Shown here piece after piece: positions 23,301-32,920 of a stretch of 64,000 nt of DNA; the first letter of the stretch is position 1; each line of letters opens with the position of its first letter. The notes below the pieces were generated by a model that was not told the DNA's origin, did not search any database, and saw only the letters and a program-made list of their open reading frames with translations. The stretch lies in contig CP060766.1 in NCBI GenBank assembly GCA_023205875.1, positions 372,001-436,000 on the forward strand. Reading direction: 5' to 3'. The translations under genes were made by a program, and so were the position numbers. The DNA comes from Chloropicon primus. Taxonomy: Eukaryota.

Positions 23301-24777
23301 ACAAGTCGTCCAGCACAAAGTTGTTGCGTCCTCCCCTCACCCACAGGAGTTCGTGCTCCTCCACTTCCCCGTCCACGACAATATCGATGGGAGAGGTGCA
23401 GATGCCGCAAGCTTGCCTTGGCGAAGGCGCGGCACCCACCGTCGGGAGCTGCTGCCAGGTGTAGGTCGCCAAATCCAGCGAGTGGAGGTCGTTGTACCTC
23501 ATGCCGTTCCCGTGACCGCCAAAGACGATCATGGTCTGGCCGTCCGGGGAGAGGGTGCACGAGGCGTACTCCCTCGGGGCCGGCATCGTGCCCTCGCACA
23601 GCGGGTTGTACCACGTGAGGGAATCCAAGTCGAGAATGAAGATCGAGTTCGTTCTCTTCCTGTCCGCGGTCACACCGCCGAAGATGATCAGCCTGGCGGA
23701 ATCCGGGTGGTACACCGCCGAGTGGCCGTCCCTCGGCTCGGGAACCTTTCCGGACGTCTTGAGGACCCTCCACTTGAGGAACATCTCGTCGATGTACAGA
23801 ATCTCATTCGTTTTCGCGGACTTGCTTTGGACGAAACCTCCGAACACGAGGAACTTGTTCCCGATGGCCGTGATGGTGTGCCCGGTCCTAAACTCGCAAA
23901 GCTTGCTGGACGCCGGGTAGCGGATCTGCTCGCTGATCACCGAGTCCACTTCAGTCACCTCGCCGTCCTCGGGTGCGTCCTGCAAGATCTTGTACTGCTG
24001 GAAGGCGCCCACCCACAAGCCCACCGGCTTGAGCCTCTCCCTCTCCTCCTGCTTCACCCTCTCGAGCTCGTCCCTCAAGAACTCTGTGAACTTGGAAAGC
24101 CCCTCCTCGCTCATGCTCTTGAAGGGCTCCTTCAGGTTGTTGTACCTCGTCTCGAAGTGGTTCAGGTTGGGCAAGAAGCCAAGCTCGTATGGGATGTCCG
24201 TGAGCGAGTTGGCGTTCACGTCCAAGTAGGCCAGCTTCTCCAGGCTCGCGATGGACTTTGGCAGGTTGGCCAGCCTGTTGTTCGACAAGTCGATCCTCTG
24301 CAGCTCTGTCATCGCCCCAATATTCTCAGAGATGTCCTCAATCGAGTTGTTCTCGGCTTTGAGTATCTGCAAGTTCGTCAAGGTCGCCAAGTTGTCACCG
24401 ATAGTCGTGACCTTGTTTCCAGAGATATCAAGCTCCTCCAGGGACTGCAGCGCTGATATCCCATCAGGTATCTCCTGCAGCAAGTTTCCAGTGAACTCAA
24501 GCTTCTTCAGGCTCGGCAAGGAGCTCAGCACGGAGGGAAGCAGCGCAAACTTGTTGAAGCTTAACCGAACCACTTTCAGGTTCGTCAGCTCTCCCAGTTC
24601 CTTGGGCAGCTCCGTCAGCAGGTTTCCTCTCAAGTCTATCTCGCTCAGGTTCGGTATGGTGGACTTGATCTGATGGATGGAAGCGGCGGAGATTTCAGCT
24701 ATCTTGAGGTAGGACAAGTTCAGCTTCCCTCCCTTCTTTGCTTCCGCTATCCTGGATTTCAACCTCTCTGGATCCAT
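20305..24777 (-). CDS. DRC7: Nexin-dynein regulatory complex subunit 7 (CCDC135/FAP50-like) with N-terminal LRR and Kelch domains
   Basis: LRRs (aa ~15-220) and Kelch repeats (~300-560). Then a DRC7 core: PLNECGVQKFICTTVRPT, GDCFDMSILLTSLLIGAGYDAYCVCGYAP, HCWVLV, YQGVEFIWNNHNFWAN, LIERANIIQAR, MFRIHILEQRL, LRNDPRL. Confidence 0.9.
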   Translation of the reverse strand: MDPERLKSRIAEAKKGGKLNLSYLKIAEISAASIHQIKSTIPNLSEIDLRGNLLTELPKELGELTNLKVVRLSFNKFALLPSVLSSLPSLKKLEFTGNLLQEIPDGISALQSLEELDISGNKVTTIGDNLATLTNLQILKAENNSIEDISENIGAMTELQRIDLSNNRLANLPKSIASLEKLAYLDVNANSLTDIPYELGFLPNLNHFETRYNNLKEPFKSMSEEGLSKFTEFLRDELERVKQEERERLKPVGLWVGAFQQYKILQDAPEDGEVTEVDSVISEQIRYPASSKLCEFRTGHTITAIGNKFLVFGGFVQSKSAKTNEILYIDEMFLKWRVLKTSGKVPEPRDGHSAVYHPDSARLIIFGGVTADRKRTNSIFILDLDSLTWYNPLCEGTMPAPREYASCTLSPDGQTMIVFGGHGNGMRYNDLHSLDLATYTWQQLPTVGAAPSPRQACGICTSPIDIVVDGEVEEHELLWVRGGRNNFVLDDLFYLDLNSYTWYEASKLVTPVMPSPSYGQIMVEYETKLYLVGGTHEMGGLVDGLYSFEYSIKEGETVADTLRSLRGEWKILDSVMESNAYMAPFISGNRICALQIGAKEDDRPRSSQKDVHAYWDILRTVEFEQLQPMESGLETFRNINIKEKNIKHVLSNLDTMPATYTSTTNKEDKIINYAKDFDKTFTELYPHRHQLLLLPLNECGVQKFICTTVRPTQLNHTDLYDLEGCAQFVSNFIKYETLKDRTRFPLYIPSSQTIIKWQSGDCFDMSILLTSLLIGAGYDAYCVCGYAPEWVTENNQTRTVCPYLHRKQTVAIVGKEKTGKDKKANVVDSPKYVIKKSKHLQSNYEKEMKAKKAINFDKGEEEKQKKPHYEQVTPYSSASKHLHCWVLVMAPQRDIPSHVFVEPSTGTVYKVAESPYQGVEFIWNNHNFWANMQLTETGTPIPVAPMTFNLTNEKQWESMLSQEVGVDEQEESEAADTIYSTGPTPRTVKDGITPSGLRQFGSSEAPSATPRETKEEEAEENYMNKFNIDMPRSWCSAIQIPQDIFDLRCPKGSKERKYYKCIHEVFAMFGDTARWDGMIERLVIFQDEDYEKIEETREYFTRRKDKLRQRVTLSLEETVIELFDEGSSFGLKKMVTKKGEYRLFEFHHGARLDGLLKREEVINKKISEFFKERDDHLIYRSVTYDDAELEALEEDDIAMFNQDQEKADQKVETAALPFLKMTEKFSRRADIPVGDDVYKRTYFVAADQIRLNFHFGEDRITASSRLYTKEGLTHITEVDTLKEKPTGSALLEEYQRLLLAERECSQAIRDVEREIRSILDSRMKEEQNIILTVPYYDVTRIKKEESDEEKQEEEQVEHDFLSAFLPSTINVKHLTRTECFAVRDKCLKALKDRLIERANIIQARHDEETAALAKRQANFQRDRDQMSQEEEEEYEKACEESMFRIHILEQRLKKHEEQALQKYYALDSKLRNDPRLAAMSMNSDKGGIGL

Positions 24778-25458
24778 CTTGCCACAGCAACAACTCTTCT
24801 ACACAAACACAAACACAAACACAAGAGAGACCACCACTGGGTCCCTTACAATTGTTTGTCCTTGGATGCAAGCCAAACCAATGCTCCGTCCTGCTTCCTC
24901 TCCCTCTGTTGTGCCGCTCTCTTCCTACAACAATACTATACTCTAGACACACACACACACACACAACCGGTTGGAGACCACAAGCAGCAAACCTTGGACT
25001 TTGGGCCTACAGTGGTGTGGTCCCACAAAGCAAAGCAATTGGGATACAATGGAGGCAATGGAGGCAATGGAGGCAACAAGAGATCCTCCTCCTCTGTCTC
25101 TCCCTGTCTCTCTGTCTCTCTGTGTGTGTGTGTCTCTTCGCTCTTCTCCGTCCAAGCCGCGCCCCTCCAACGGCCTTCTCCTCAAGTCAAACCTAATTCC
25201 TTTGTACATCGAGAGACATTAATTTTCCTGACGATGGGAATTCCGTTGTTACGTGAGAGACGTTTGGTCCCATGTGTGTGTACCACTCTCGGTGTGATGT
25301 CATAGACGGAATTATGTCGTGCGTCCCACGAGAAAGGGGAGGGAGAGGGAGAGAGAGATACTGTGTGGGGAGCGAAGGGAGTAAGAGGGAAAGAGGTAAT
25401 GTTTGAGGCAATTGGGGGGCAGAGAGAGAGGGGAGGACTGTGGGGACGGAAGCAGGTC

Positions 25459-25523
25459 GAAGCATTGTCTCGTTCTCTTTCCGCAGACCCCTCGGTCGAA
25501 GGAAACGGCGTAGTGATGAGGAT
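25459..25523 (+). repeat. Degenerate dispersed element upstream of LC3
   Basis: GAAGCATTGTCTCGTTCTCTTTCCG..GGTCGAAGGAAACGGCGTAGTGATGAGGAT. Confidence 0.65.
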
Positions 25524-25597
25524 TTTGAGTCTTACTGACATAGCTCCTTTCGTTTCATGGATGGGTGACAACTGACAGAGAGAGAGAGACAGAGACA

Positions 25598-26057
25598 ATG
25601 CCTGCCGGTGCATCCGATAGCTACTTTGTGGAGGTGGAGGACTCCGAGGCTCTGGACGAGAAGCTGTGCGAGAAGGGAATCAAAGGTAAGGAAGAACCAA
25701 CCTGCAAAAGAGGATAGATATGCCTTGGAAGATTAGAGAAAGCTAACTTTTCTCTCATCATCTCTTCCTCTCACTCTCACTCTCTTCCTCTCACTCTCAC
25801 TCTCTTCCCCCTGTTCTTCTTCTTTGCCGTCCTTGCAGTCATCGAGGTTTACAGCGATTGGTGCGGGCCATGCAAGAGCATCGTAGAAATGCTGGACCAG
25901 GAGAGGAAGGAGACGGATGACCCCGTCTCCCTTCAGTTTCTGAGAGTGAGTCGACCTCCTTCCTCCCTCCCTTGAGGCCCACCTCGAGCCTTGACCTTTG
26001 CATCCATCGCATCGCATCGCATCGCATCGCAATGGATTGACTCCCTGGATTGAATTG

Positions 26058-26104
<47 letters not shown>

Positions 26105-26342
26105 GTGCAAAGCTTCCTCTGTGGAGGACTTCAAGGAAAGCGACAACAGGTCTCAGCCCCTCTTCTTCGTGTACAACAATGGCACCCAGGTGGCCCAGAT
26201 TGAGGGTCCGGACGGCCCAGCATTCATCAAGGCCATCAAGGACAACTTCCCGCAGCCAGACGCCTCGGTCCAAGACTTAGAGGACAACCCAAAGTTCGTA
26301 GCGCGAAGGGAGAGGTTGAAGACCCAAGCGAAGGAGACGTAG
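25598..26342 (+). CDS. DLX1: Thioredoxin-type outer-arm dynein light chain LC3, 3 exons (25598-25685, 25839-25945, 26106-26342)
   Basis: Manual splicing gives MPAGASDSYFVEV...VIEVYSDWCGPCKSI...LQFLRCKA...SQPLFFVYNNG..IEG...DLEDNPKFVARRER. It resembles Chlamydomonas LC3 as recalled. Splice sites are canonical. Confidence 0.82.
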
Positions 26343-26558
26343 GCGGCAAGGCATGATGAATGGAAGCGCCAAGGTGATACTTGATACTTGTGTAAGAGGA
26401 AACAATTGTTTACAGTTGGTTTATATTGGCTTGAATTTCATGGAGGGGCTCTCGAAAGAGTCCAACCCTTTCTATGGTATACGCAGTTTGGCAAGAACGA
26501 AACAAAGAGAGAGAGAGAGAGAGAGCGTGCGTGTGCGTGCGCGGAGCACTCTGCTCGT

Positions 26559-28274
26559 TCACTCCGCAAAACCTGGAATGCCGTTCATCTTGAAGGCGTC
26601 CTTCGGCAGGTCTCTCTTGGGAACGCCCACCCCGGGGACCTGACAGTACTTGACCCTGTCCTCCTCGCTCACGGGGCCCCCGCAAGCGATGTACTCCAGT
26701 ATGAGGTCTATGGACACCATCATCATGACCTGCCCGATGACTTTGCCGGGGTGGGGTATCTTCAGCTTCTCCAGGGCGCTCCAGAACTGCATGGCGCCCG
26801 GGATGTAGGAGTAGAAGCTGTAGGGGTCGGAGCCAAGGTACGGCCTCCACGTCGTCGTCATCAGCGCCGCGCTCCTGGCGAAGCCGTGGATGGAAGCCGC
26901 CCTCGCGCACCTCCTCCTGCCGTACTCGTTCAAGGCCTGCTGGATGCACCCGTCCCCCTCCTCCATGTTGCACCTGGAGAGGACGTCGGCGAGGACGTAG
27001 CCGTCCTCAATCGCTTGGCACCCCCCTTGGCCCATGTTCGGCTGCATGGAGTGCGCCGAATCGCCCAGGAGGGCGACCTTGCCCTTGACCCAGTTGAAGA
27101 CGGGCCTCCTGTCGTAGATGTCCCTCTGTTCGATGTCCTCCTCCAGGGTCGCCTCGAACCTGGCCCTCACGTCCGCCGACCAGTCCTTGAAGAGCTCGAG
27201 CAGGTTTCCCCTGACGTCCCCGGACTCGTCCTTGATGCCAGGCTCCTGGGCCTTGAAGGCGTACCACTGCGTCTTTCCCTCCCCGACATCGCTGGCGACA
27301 AAGTACTGGCCGTTGCCCAGGTACACCTGGTACCCGATCTTCTCCACGTCCTCGAGCTCAAAGTCGCAGGTCGCGGTGTAGCAGGTGTACCCCGAGTAAG
27401 TGGCCTCGTCGTTCCCCCTGGTTCTCACTTGCTTCCTCACCGTTGAGTTGATGCCGTCGGCCGCCACGATCACGTCGCCGATGGTCTTCGACCCGTCGTC
27501 GAACCTCACCTCGACGAACGCCTTGCCCGTCGGCGAGTCCTCCGCGGAAACCTCCTCGTAACTCTCGACCCTCTTCCCCAGGGTCATGCTCTCGGGCTTC
27601 ACCGCCCCCTTGAGGATGTCAAGAAGCACGTAACGGTTGAGCACCAGGGTGAGGGGCAGCCCCTTCTTCAGAGCCGGCTTCCTCGTGTCGAACCTGAGGT
27701 ACCACTCCCCCGTCTTGCCGTCCAGCAAGCCGTTGATCCTGTCTCCGGTGATCGTCCCCAGGTCCATGATCTGCCTCGCGACGCTCATGTCAATCGCCTC
27801 CAGGGACTCCAGCGCGTTGCACTGCAACTGGATCGGCCCCCCAAACGGCTTGTACTCCTTCACCTTCTCGTACAGGGTGAAGGGGATGCCCTTGGACTGG
27901 AGGGCCAGGGCCGCGCACAGGCCACCTATCCCCCCTCCCGCGATAATGACGCGGGGCTTGCCAGAGTCCGAGTCCGAGTCCAAGCAGGAGGAGGAGGACG
28001 TGTCCGCCGCGGGAGGTGCGCCATCAAGCACCGCACGAGCTGCTTGATGAGGAGGTCTGGGTCGGCCAACAACCCTCTTCCTCCTCCTCCAAGAAGAAGA
28101 AGAAGAAGAAGAAGAAGAAGCGTCGTGAGAATGAGGGATTCTCATCACGCTGCTCGTCGTCGTCGAAACCAACACGCGCCTTTCGGATGCCACCGAAGCC
28201 ATTCTCATTCTCATTCTCGTGGTGGAGGATGGCAAGCGACGTGTCATCCCTCGTTTCGTGGAAGAGCCCAACAT
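26559..28274 (-). CDS. ZEP: Zeaxanthin epoxidase-family FAD monooxygenase, plastid-targeted
   Basis: S/R-rich transit peptide, then IAGGGIGGL, GPIQLQCNAL, ITGDRINGL, YSGYTCYT, YFVASDVG, LLGDSAHSMQPNMGQGGCQAIED, IPHPG. Confidence 0.9.
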   Translation of the reverse strand: MLGSSTKRGMTRRLPSSTTRMRMRMASVASERRVLVSTTTSSVMRIPHSHDASSSSSSSSSWRRRKRVVGRPRPPHQAARAVLDGAPPAADTSSSSCLDSDSDSGKPRVIIAGGGIGGLCAALALQSKGIPFTLYEKVKEYKPFGGPIQLQCNALESLEAIDMSVARQIMDLGTITGDRINGLLDGKTGEWYLRFDTRKPALKKGLPLTLVLNRYVLLDILKGAVKPESMTLGKRVESYEEVSAEDSPTGKAFVEVRFDDGSKTIGDVIVAADGINSTVRKQVRTRGNDEATYSGYTCYTATCDFELEDVEKIGYQVYLGNGQYFVASDVGEGKTQWYAFKAQEPGIKDESGDVRGNLLELFKDWSADVRARFEATLEEDIEQRDIYDRRPVFNWVKGKVALLGDSAHSMQPNMGQGGCQAIEDGYVLADVLSRCNMEEGDGCIQQALNEYGRRRCARAASIHGFARSAALMTTTWRPYLGSDPYSFYSYIPGAMQFWSALEKLKIPHPGKVIGQVMMMVSIDLILEYIACGGPVSEEDRVKYCQVPGVGVPKRDLPKDAFKMNGIPGFAE

Positions 28275-28317
28275 CTTTCCTTCCTCTTTGCTTCCTTGCT
28301 TCTCCACGAGCGAAATC

Positions 28318-28360
28318 CTTCGAGTGACGGCTCTTTCGAAAGAGCAAGAAGAGACGCTTC
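28318..28360 (-). repeat. Dispersed element (reverse) upstream of ZEP
   Basis: Plus strand reads GACGGCTCTTTCGAAAGAGCAAGAAGAGACGCTTC. Confidence 0.82.
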
Positions 28361-28667
28361 GATTGGCGCCACCCTCCTCAACCCTTGTGCGCGTTATCGA
28401 GGCGCCAAGCGTCCAAAACACTCGTGTTGCCGTCCAAAGGAGAGGAGAGCCACTCGTTCGCTAAGATCTTTTTGATGAGATCCTCTGGATCAGATAAAGA
28501 GAAAGGGCGCGGATCGATCGATCGATCGGTGGGGACGATAGGCACGTAGTAAGCGATCGTTGGCGAGGAGAGGGTTGCGATCGGTGCGAACGCGACGGCG
28601 ATCGATAGGACTCGTCACGCTCTTTCCGTTGGTGTGACCATTGCCAAGGTTTCGTTCACGAGCGACG

Positions 28668-29910
28668 ATGAGGTTGGGTCGATGGAGGAAGGTTTGCTCC
28701 GCTGCCTTGAGGAGGAGCGATGCCCGGGCCGTCGAGGCATCGAGGACGAGGGACCTTCACACAGGTAATCCCCTGTACCGCTTTCTATTCCCTTTCCTTT
28801 CTTTCTCGACTACGAAAACGAAAATGAAAACAAAAGGCTTCTCTGTCTCTCTCTCTCTGGTGTTGTTGTTGTTGTTGATGATGTTGGTCTGACTCTCCTC
28901 CTCTTCCTCCTTCTCCTCCTCCTCCTGCTGCTATTGCTGCTGCCGTGGTCACAGGGGGCGCGATGAAGGTGTTCACGTCCGACTGGGCGCACGAGAAGCT
29001 CCCGGCCGGCCACAAGTTTCCGATGGACAAGTACAGGCTGGTAAGGGAGGAGCTAGAGACTGACCTTACGCTGAGGGGCAAGGTGTCGGTGGTGAGGGCG
29101 CCACTGATCACACAGGAGGAGCTGGAGGTGGTCCACTGCAAGGGGTACGTCGAGCGGGTCCTCCGTGGGAATCTGACCGCCAAGGAGAACCGGAGGATAG
29201 GGTTCCCGTGGACCAAGGAGTCGGTTACGAGGTACAGGGCGAGTGCGGGGGGGACCCTGGCTGCCTTGCATGCCGTGATGGGGGTCGAGGGGTCGATGGT
29301 TGCGGCTCACGCCGCGGGGGGGACGCATCACGCCTTCAGGGACGCTGGGGAGGGCTTCTGCGTGTTCAACGACATCGCCCTTGCCGCCGTCACCGCCGAG
29401 ACGATGTACCCGGAAGCGGCGCTTCCCATCCTCGTCATCGATCTGGACGTCCACCAGGGCAACGGCACCGCGGATATATTCCAATCCAAGAGCTCCGTGT
29501 TCACGTTCTCGATCCACGGGGCGAACAACTACCCTTGGAAGACGAGGAGGAAAAGCGACCTCGATGTCGAGGTCCCGGACGACACGACCGACGCCGAGTA
29601 CCTCGACGTCTTGGCCCGGTCGCTCGAGGACGTCTTCCTCAGGGTGAAGCCGAGGCTGGTGATCTACCAGGCCGGCGTCGATGGCTTGAGGGAGGACTCC
29701 TTGGGCAGGCTCGCCCTCACGAGGCAGGGCTTGATCAGGAGGAACAACTTGGTGTACGACATGTGCATCCGCGACGGTTGCAAGCTCGTCATCACGATGG
29801 GTGGGGGCTACAGCAGGCCCATCGACGCCACCGTGGACGCCTCCGTGGACATCTTTCGCGTCGCGGCCCTGAAGTACTGCGCGAGGAGTAGTAGCAGTAG
29901 CAGTAGGTAG
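28668..29910 (+). CDS. Zn-dependent deacetylase (class IV/HDAC11-like, bacterial type) with organellar presequence, 2 exons (intron 28765-28954)
   Basis: HKFPMDKY, GGTHHA, GFCVFND, DLDVHQGNGT, YQAGVD, GGGY. The in-frame R-rich exon1 is MRLGRWRKVCSAALRRS. Confidence 0.88.
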
Positions 29911-30027
29911 TGCTTGAGAGGGATTGTGCCATCGTTGCTTACATGATGATGATGATGGTGATGGTGATGGTGATGTAGTGTTACAGGTTATAAATAGAGA
30001 TGTTTGTGCTCGAACGCTTTGGCATCC

Positions 30028-30776
30028 TCACCCCAGGCCGACCAGCTCGAGCACCCCGTTGAAGTCCCCGTTGGCGATCTTCAGGATGCTCTCGAAGCCG
30101 CTGATATCCGGAAGCCCGATCGGGAGCTCGAAATCGAAGCGGAGAGGTCCGATGGGGATGGTAATTTGCCATTGGTACACGAAGGACTGCCTCAAACGAG
30201 GCTTGCCGCAACTGAGAGTGAAGAGCTGGGACCCGGTAGGGGTGTCCCCGTAGACCTTGACATAGAGCGCGCACGACGCGGAGAAGGAGTAGCGCTTGTA
30301 GAACCTCAGCATTTTGATCGGTCTGTAAGTCGGGGCCTGGTACTCGGTGGGGATGAACTTCCCGAGCCACCCCATGATGGCGCTGCCGGCGGCGCCGGGA
30401 CGTCCCAAGGATGCGAGCACACGCTTCATCTCAGGGCTGGCGTCCTCCATCTCTATGGGGACGTCCACGTTCCTGGAGAAGAAGACCTGCTCGAGGTCGT
30501 GTGCCGTCTCGTTCAGGTGGGCAAAATCAGACGAGGACGAGGAGAGCTCTGTTCGTCGAGTTAGGCGTGGATCAGAACGAATGAATCGATGGCGGACTTA
30601 CCCCTGAACATCTCGGCGTTCGCGTTCTGCAGCTCGGACTCGAATTCGTCGAGGGCCTGGGCCAGGTTCGCCCGGACGCCTGCCTCCACATGGAGGCCCT
30701 CCAGGACCCCACCCGCGCTCGCCAGGGAGACGAGCAGGGCGGCCGTGAGGCAGAACAAGGATCTCCTGGTGTGCAT
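30028..30776 (-). CDS. Secreted protein of unknown function, 2 exons (intron 30549-30601)
   Basis: Signal peptide MHTRRSLFCLTAALLVSLASA. A 53-nt GTAAGT..CTAAC..CAG intron joins the two ORFs in frame; codon usage is C/G-ending. Confidence 0.72.
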
Positions 30777-31290
30777 TGTATTGTCGTCGCCGTCAACACT
30801 CGTAGCGTGTCGTTCCGGTCGGTCTGGTCGCCGCTCACCCCCCTGACGATCAGCAGACTGCAGACTGCTTGGCGCCTCGAGGCCATCGACACAGTTCCTC
30901 GATATGTCACTCGTCGGCGACGGCGGCGACACGACCTAGATTCTACCGCAGACGTCACACATTTCTGAAACGTAAAAGCTGAACTCCATGAGGCGAAAGA
31001 TTTACGTAGAACGTCACGCGACGAACATCTGCCTTGGTTTGACGATACGTCTCTTTCCGAAGAGGGGAACGAAACGAGGGGAACGAAAAAGCGTTACGCT
31101 CGAGAGGGAGAACGAACGGTCGCGACGATTACGAGGACCGACTCCCTCGACGACGACGGGGGTGAGTGAGTGAGGGCGACCGGCCAGAAGAACGCCATCG
31201 GTGTCGTACGAACGTCTCCGGACAAGGGCATCGAAGAGACAGAGACAGAGGTAGAGGCAGAGCGCGCGCGAGAGAGAGCGGACGCCCGCG

Positions 31291-32643
31291 ATGATGAGGT
31301 CCACGAAGATGATGGCGATTGTCGCCGTCGCGGCGTGCGTGGTGACGTCCCCCGCGCTCGCGCAAGTCGATTTGGGACTCGATGACTGTTCGTGCGAGGG
31401 TCCGGACTGCAACTACCCCGTGTACTGCCCGCAATACACCCAGCACCTGGCCGAGAACATCGCGGCCGAGGTGGACCACGCCAGGCAGGTCGAGGCCCCC
31501 GCCCCGGTGGCTCCCCCACCAGTGGCACCCACACCCGCTGGCGGGCTCCTCGGTCGATTCTTTGGTGGCCGCACCGAGCAGCAGCAGCACTCCACCGCCG
31601 CTAACACCGACACCGCCGCGGCCCTCGGCCCCAGGATCTACATGTCCGACGAGGAGATGATCGTGTGCAAGTCGTACGAGCCCTCCGGAGGCGTCAGCGC
31701 CTTCAGCCCGACCCAGTCCTCCATCCGCATTCCGGACGAGATGGACTTGGTTTCCATGACCGTGGACCTGAACGTGACCCACGAGAGGATCGGCGCCCTC
31801 AAGGTCGAGCTCGAGGCCAAGAGCGGCAAGAGGAAGCCCAGGAAGGCCATCCTGAAGCCTAGGGGCTGGGGGGGAAGCGGGCAGAACATGCTCTCCACCA
31901 CCTTTGACGACGAGTCGGACGTGAACTTCCCCAAGGCCCAGGGAGCCCCATTCTCCGAGTCTTACAGGCCAAAGGGCAAGCTGAGGAGGTTCATCAGGGG
32001 AAAGGGCTACAAGGCCGCCAAGGGAGGCACCAAGGGGATGTGGACCCTGAGGGTCACGGACGTCGGCAGGAACCCGGACACCAGGACCGCGGTCATCAAC
32101 AACTGGAGGGTGAACATGTGCGGCAAGGTCGACATGAACAGGGAGAAGACCCCAATGCTGTCCCAGGACATCCTCGAGGCCGCCGAGCGCAGGGCCGAGG
32201 CCACCGAGGAGCAGATGCCCGTCCAGATCGCCTGCCCAGGGGCCACCCTGACCGCCGACGGCCAGTGCCCGCTCAACGCCGTGGACGTCGTCCAGTCCCT
32301 CCTCGACGGGACTTACAACTCCACGTACGGGATCGTCGGGTGGAACGGCGAGGAGTCCGGCGACGAGATCGCCGCCGCCCAGGGCATCCTCGTCCCGGAG
32401 ATCGACGGCCTCCCAAGGAGCCCCCTCAGGACTGCTTACGATGACTACGTCGACCGCTTCAACGCCTGGGCGGACACCCTGCCAAAGCTCAGCGAGTACT
32501 TGACCTCCCTGCCAAGCGGCGTGTGGGAGCTCATGATCGGGTACGTCTACTTCAACTGGCTCATCGGTACCCTCGAGTGCGTCCACGCCGGCGACTGCGG
32601 GAAGGTAGTGAACAACATTCCAGAGACCTTGGTCATCGGATAG
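31291..32643 (+). CDS. Secreted protein with a proprotein-convertase P-domain-like module
   Basis: Signal peptide, Cys-rich N-terminus, Pro linker, then TVDLNVTHERIGALKVEL...GGSGQN..TTFDDES...YRP...GMWTLRVTD...INNWRVNM. Strong codon bias. Confidence 0.75.
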   Translation: MMRSTKMMAIVAVAACVVTSPALAQVDLGLDDCSCEGPDCNYPVYCPQYTQHLAENIAAEVDHARQVEAPAPVAPPPVAPTPAGGLLGRFFGGRTEQQQHSTAANTDTAAALGPRIYMSDEEMIVCKSYEPSGGVSAFSPTQSSIRIPDEMDLVSMTVDLNVTHERIGALKVELEAKSGKRKPRKAILKPRGWGGSGQNMLSTTFDDESDVNFPKAQGAPFSESYRPKGKLRRFIRGKGYKAAKGGTKGMWTLRVTDVGRNPDTRTAVINNWRVNMCGKVDMNREKTPMLSQDILEAAERRAEATEEQMPVQIACPGATLTADGQCPLNAVDVVQSLLDGTYNSTYGIVGWNGEESGDEIAAAQGILVPEIDGLPRSPLRTAYDDYVDRFNAWADTLPKLSEYLTSLPSGVWELMIGYVYFNWLIGTLECVHAGDCGKVVNNIPETLVIG

Positions 32644-32920
32644 ACGGTGTGGACTCTTTATGATATTAAAAAGAGATTCACCACCACCACCAAAAGTAAA
32701 AGCTAATTTATTTGTCTGAAATTGATGATTTCGTTCCATTTTTCCCAAACGGCTTGTCACTGATGAAGCAGAAGAGAAGACTTGATGAAGCAGAAGACTT
32801 GACTTTGACTTGCTTTCCTTCCAGAGGGGAGTTGTCGGGAGAGGGAGAATTCAAAATGGGATCGCTTCGCTACTACAAGTTTGGCTCAATCAACTGTTGT
32901 TTGTTGTTCTGTTTGTTTGT

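Noticed and set aside
21589..24456. 955-aa plus-strand ORF (also 56830-58659, 31129-32760, 54634-55998, 52834-54048, 8084-9199)
   Set aside because: Antisense shadows of real genes caused by high GC3 codon bias; L/V/H-rich with no domain motifs.
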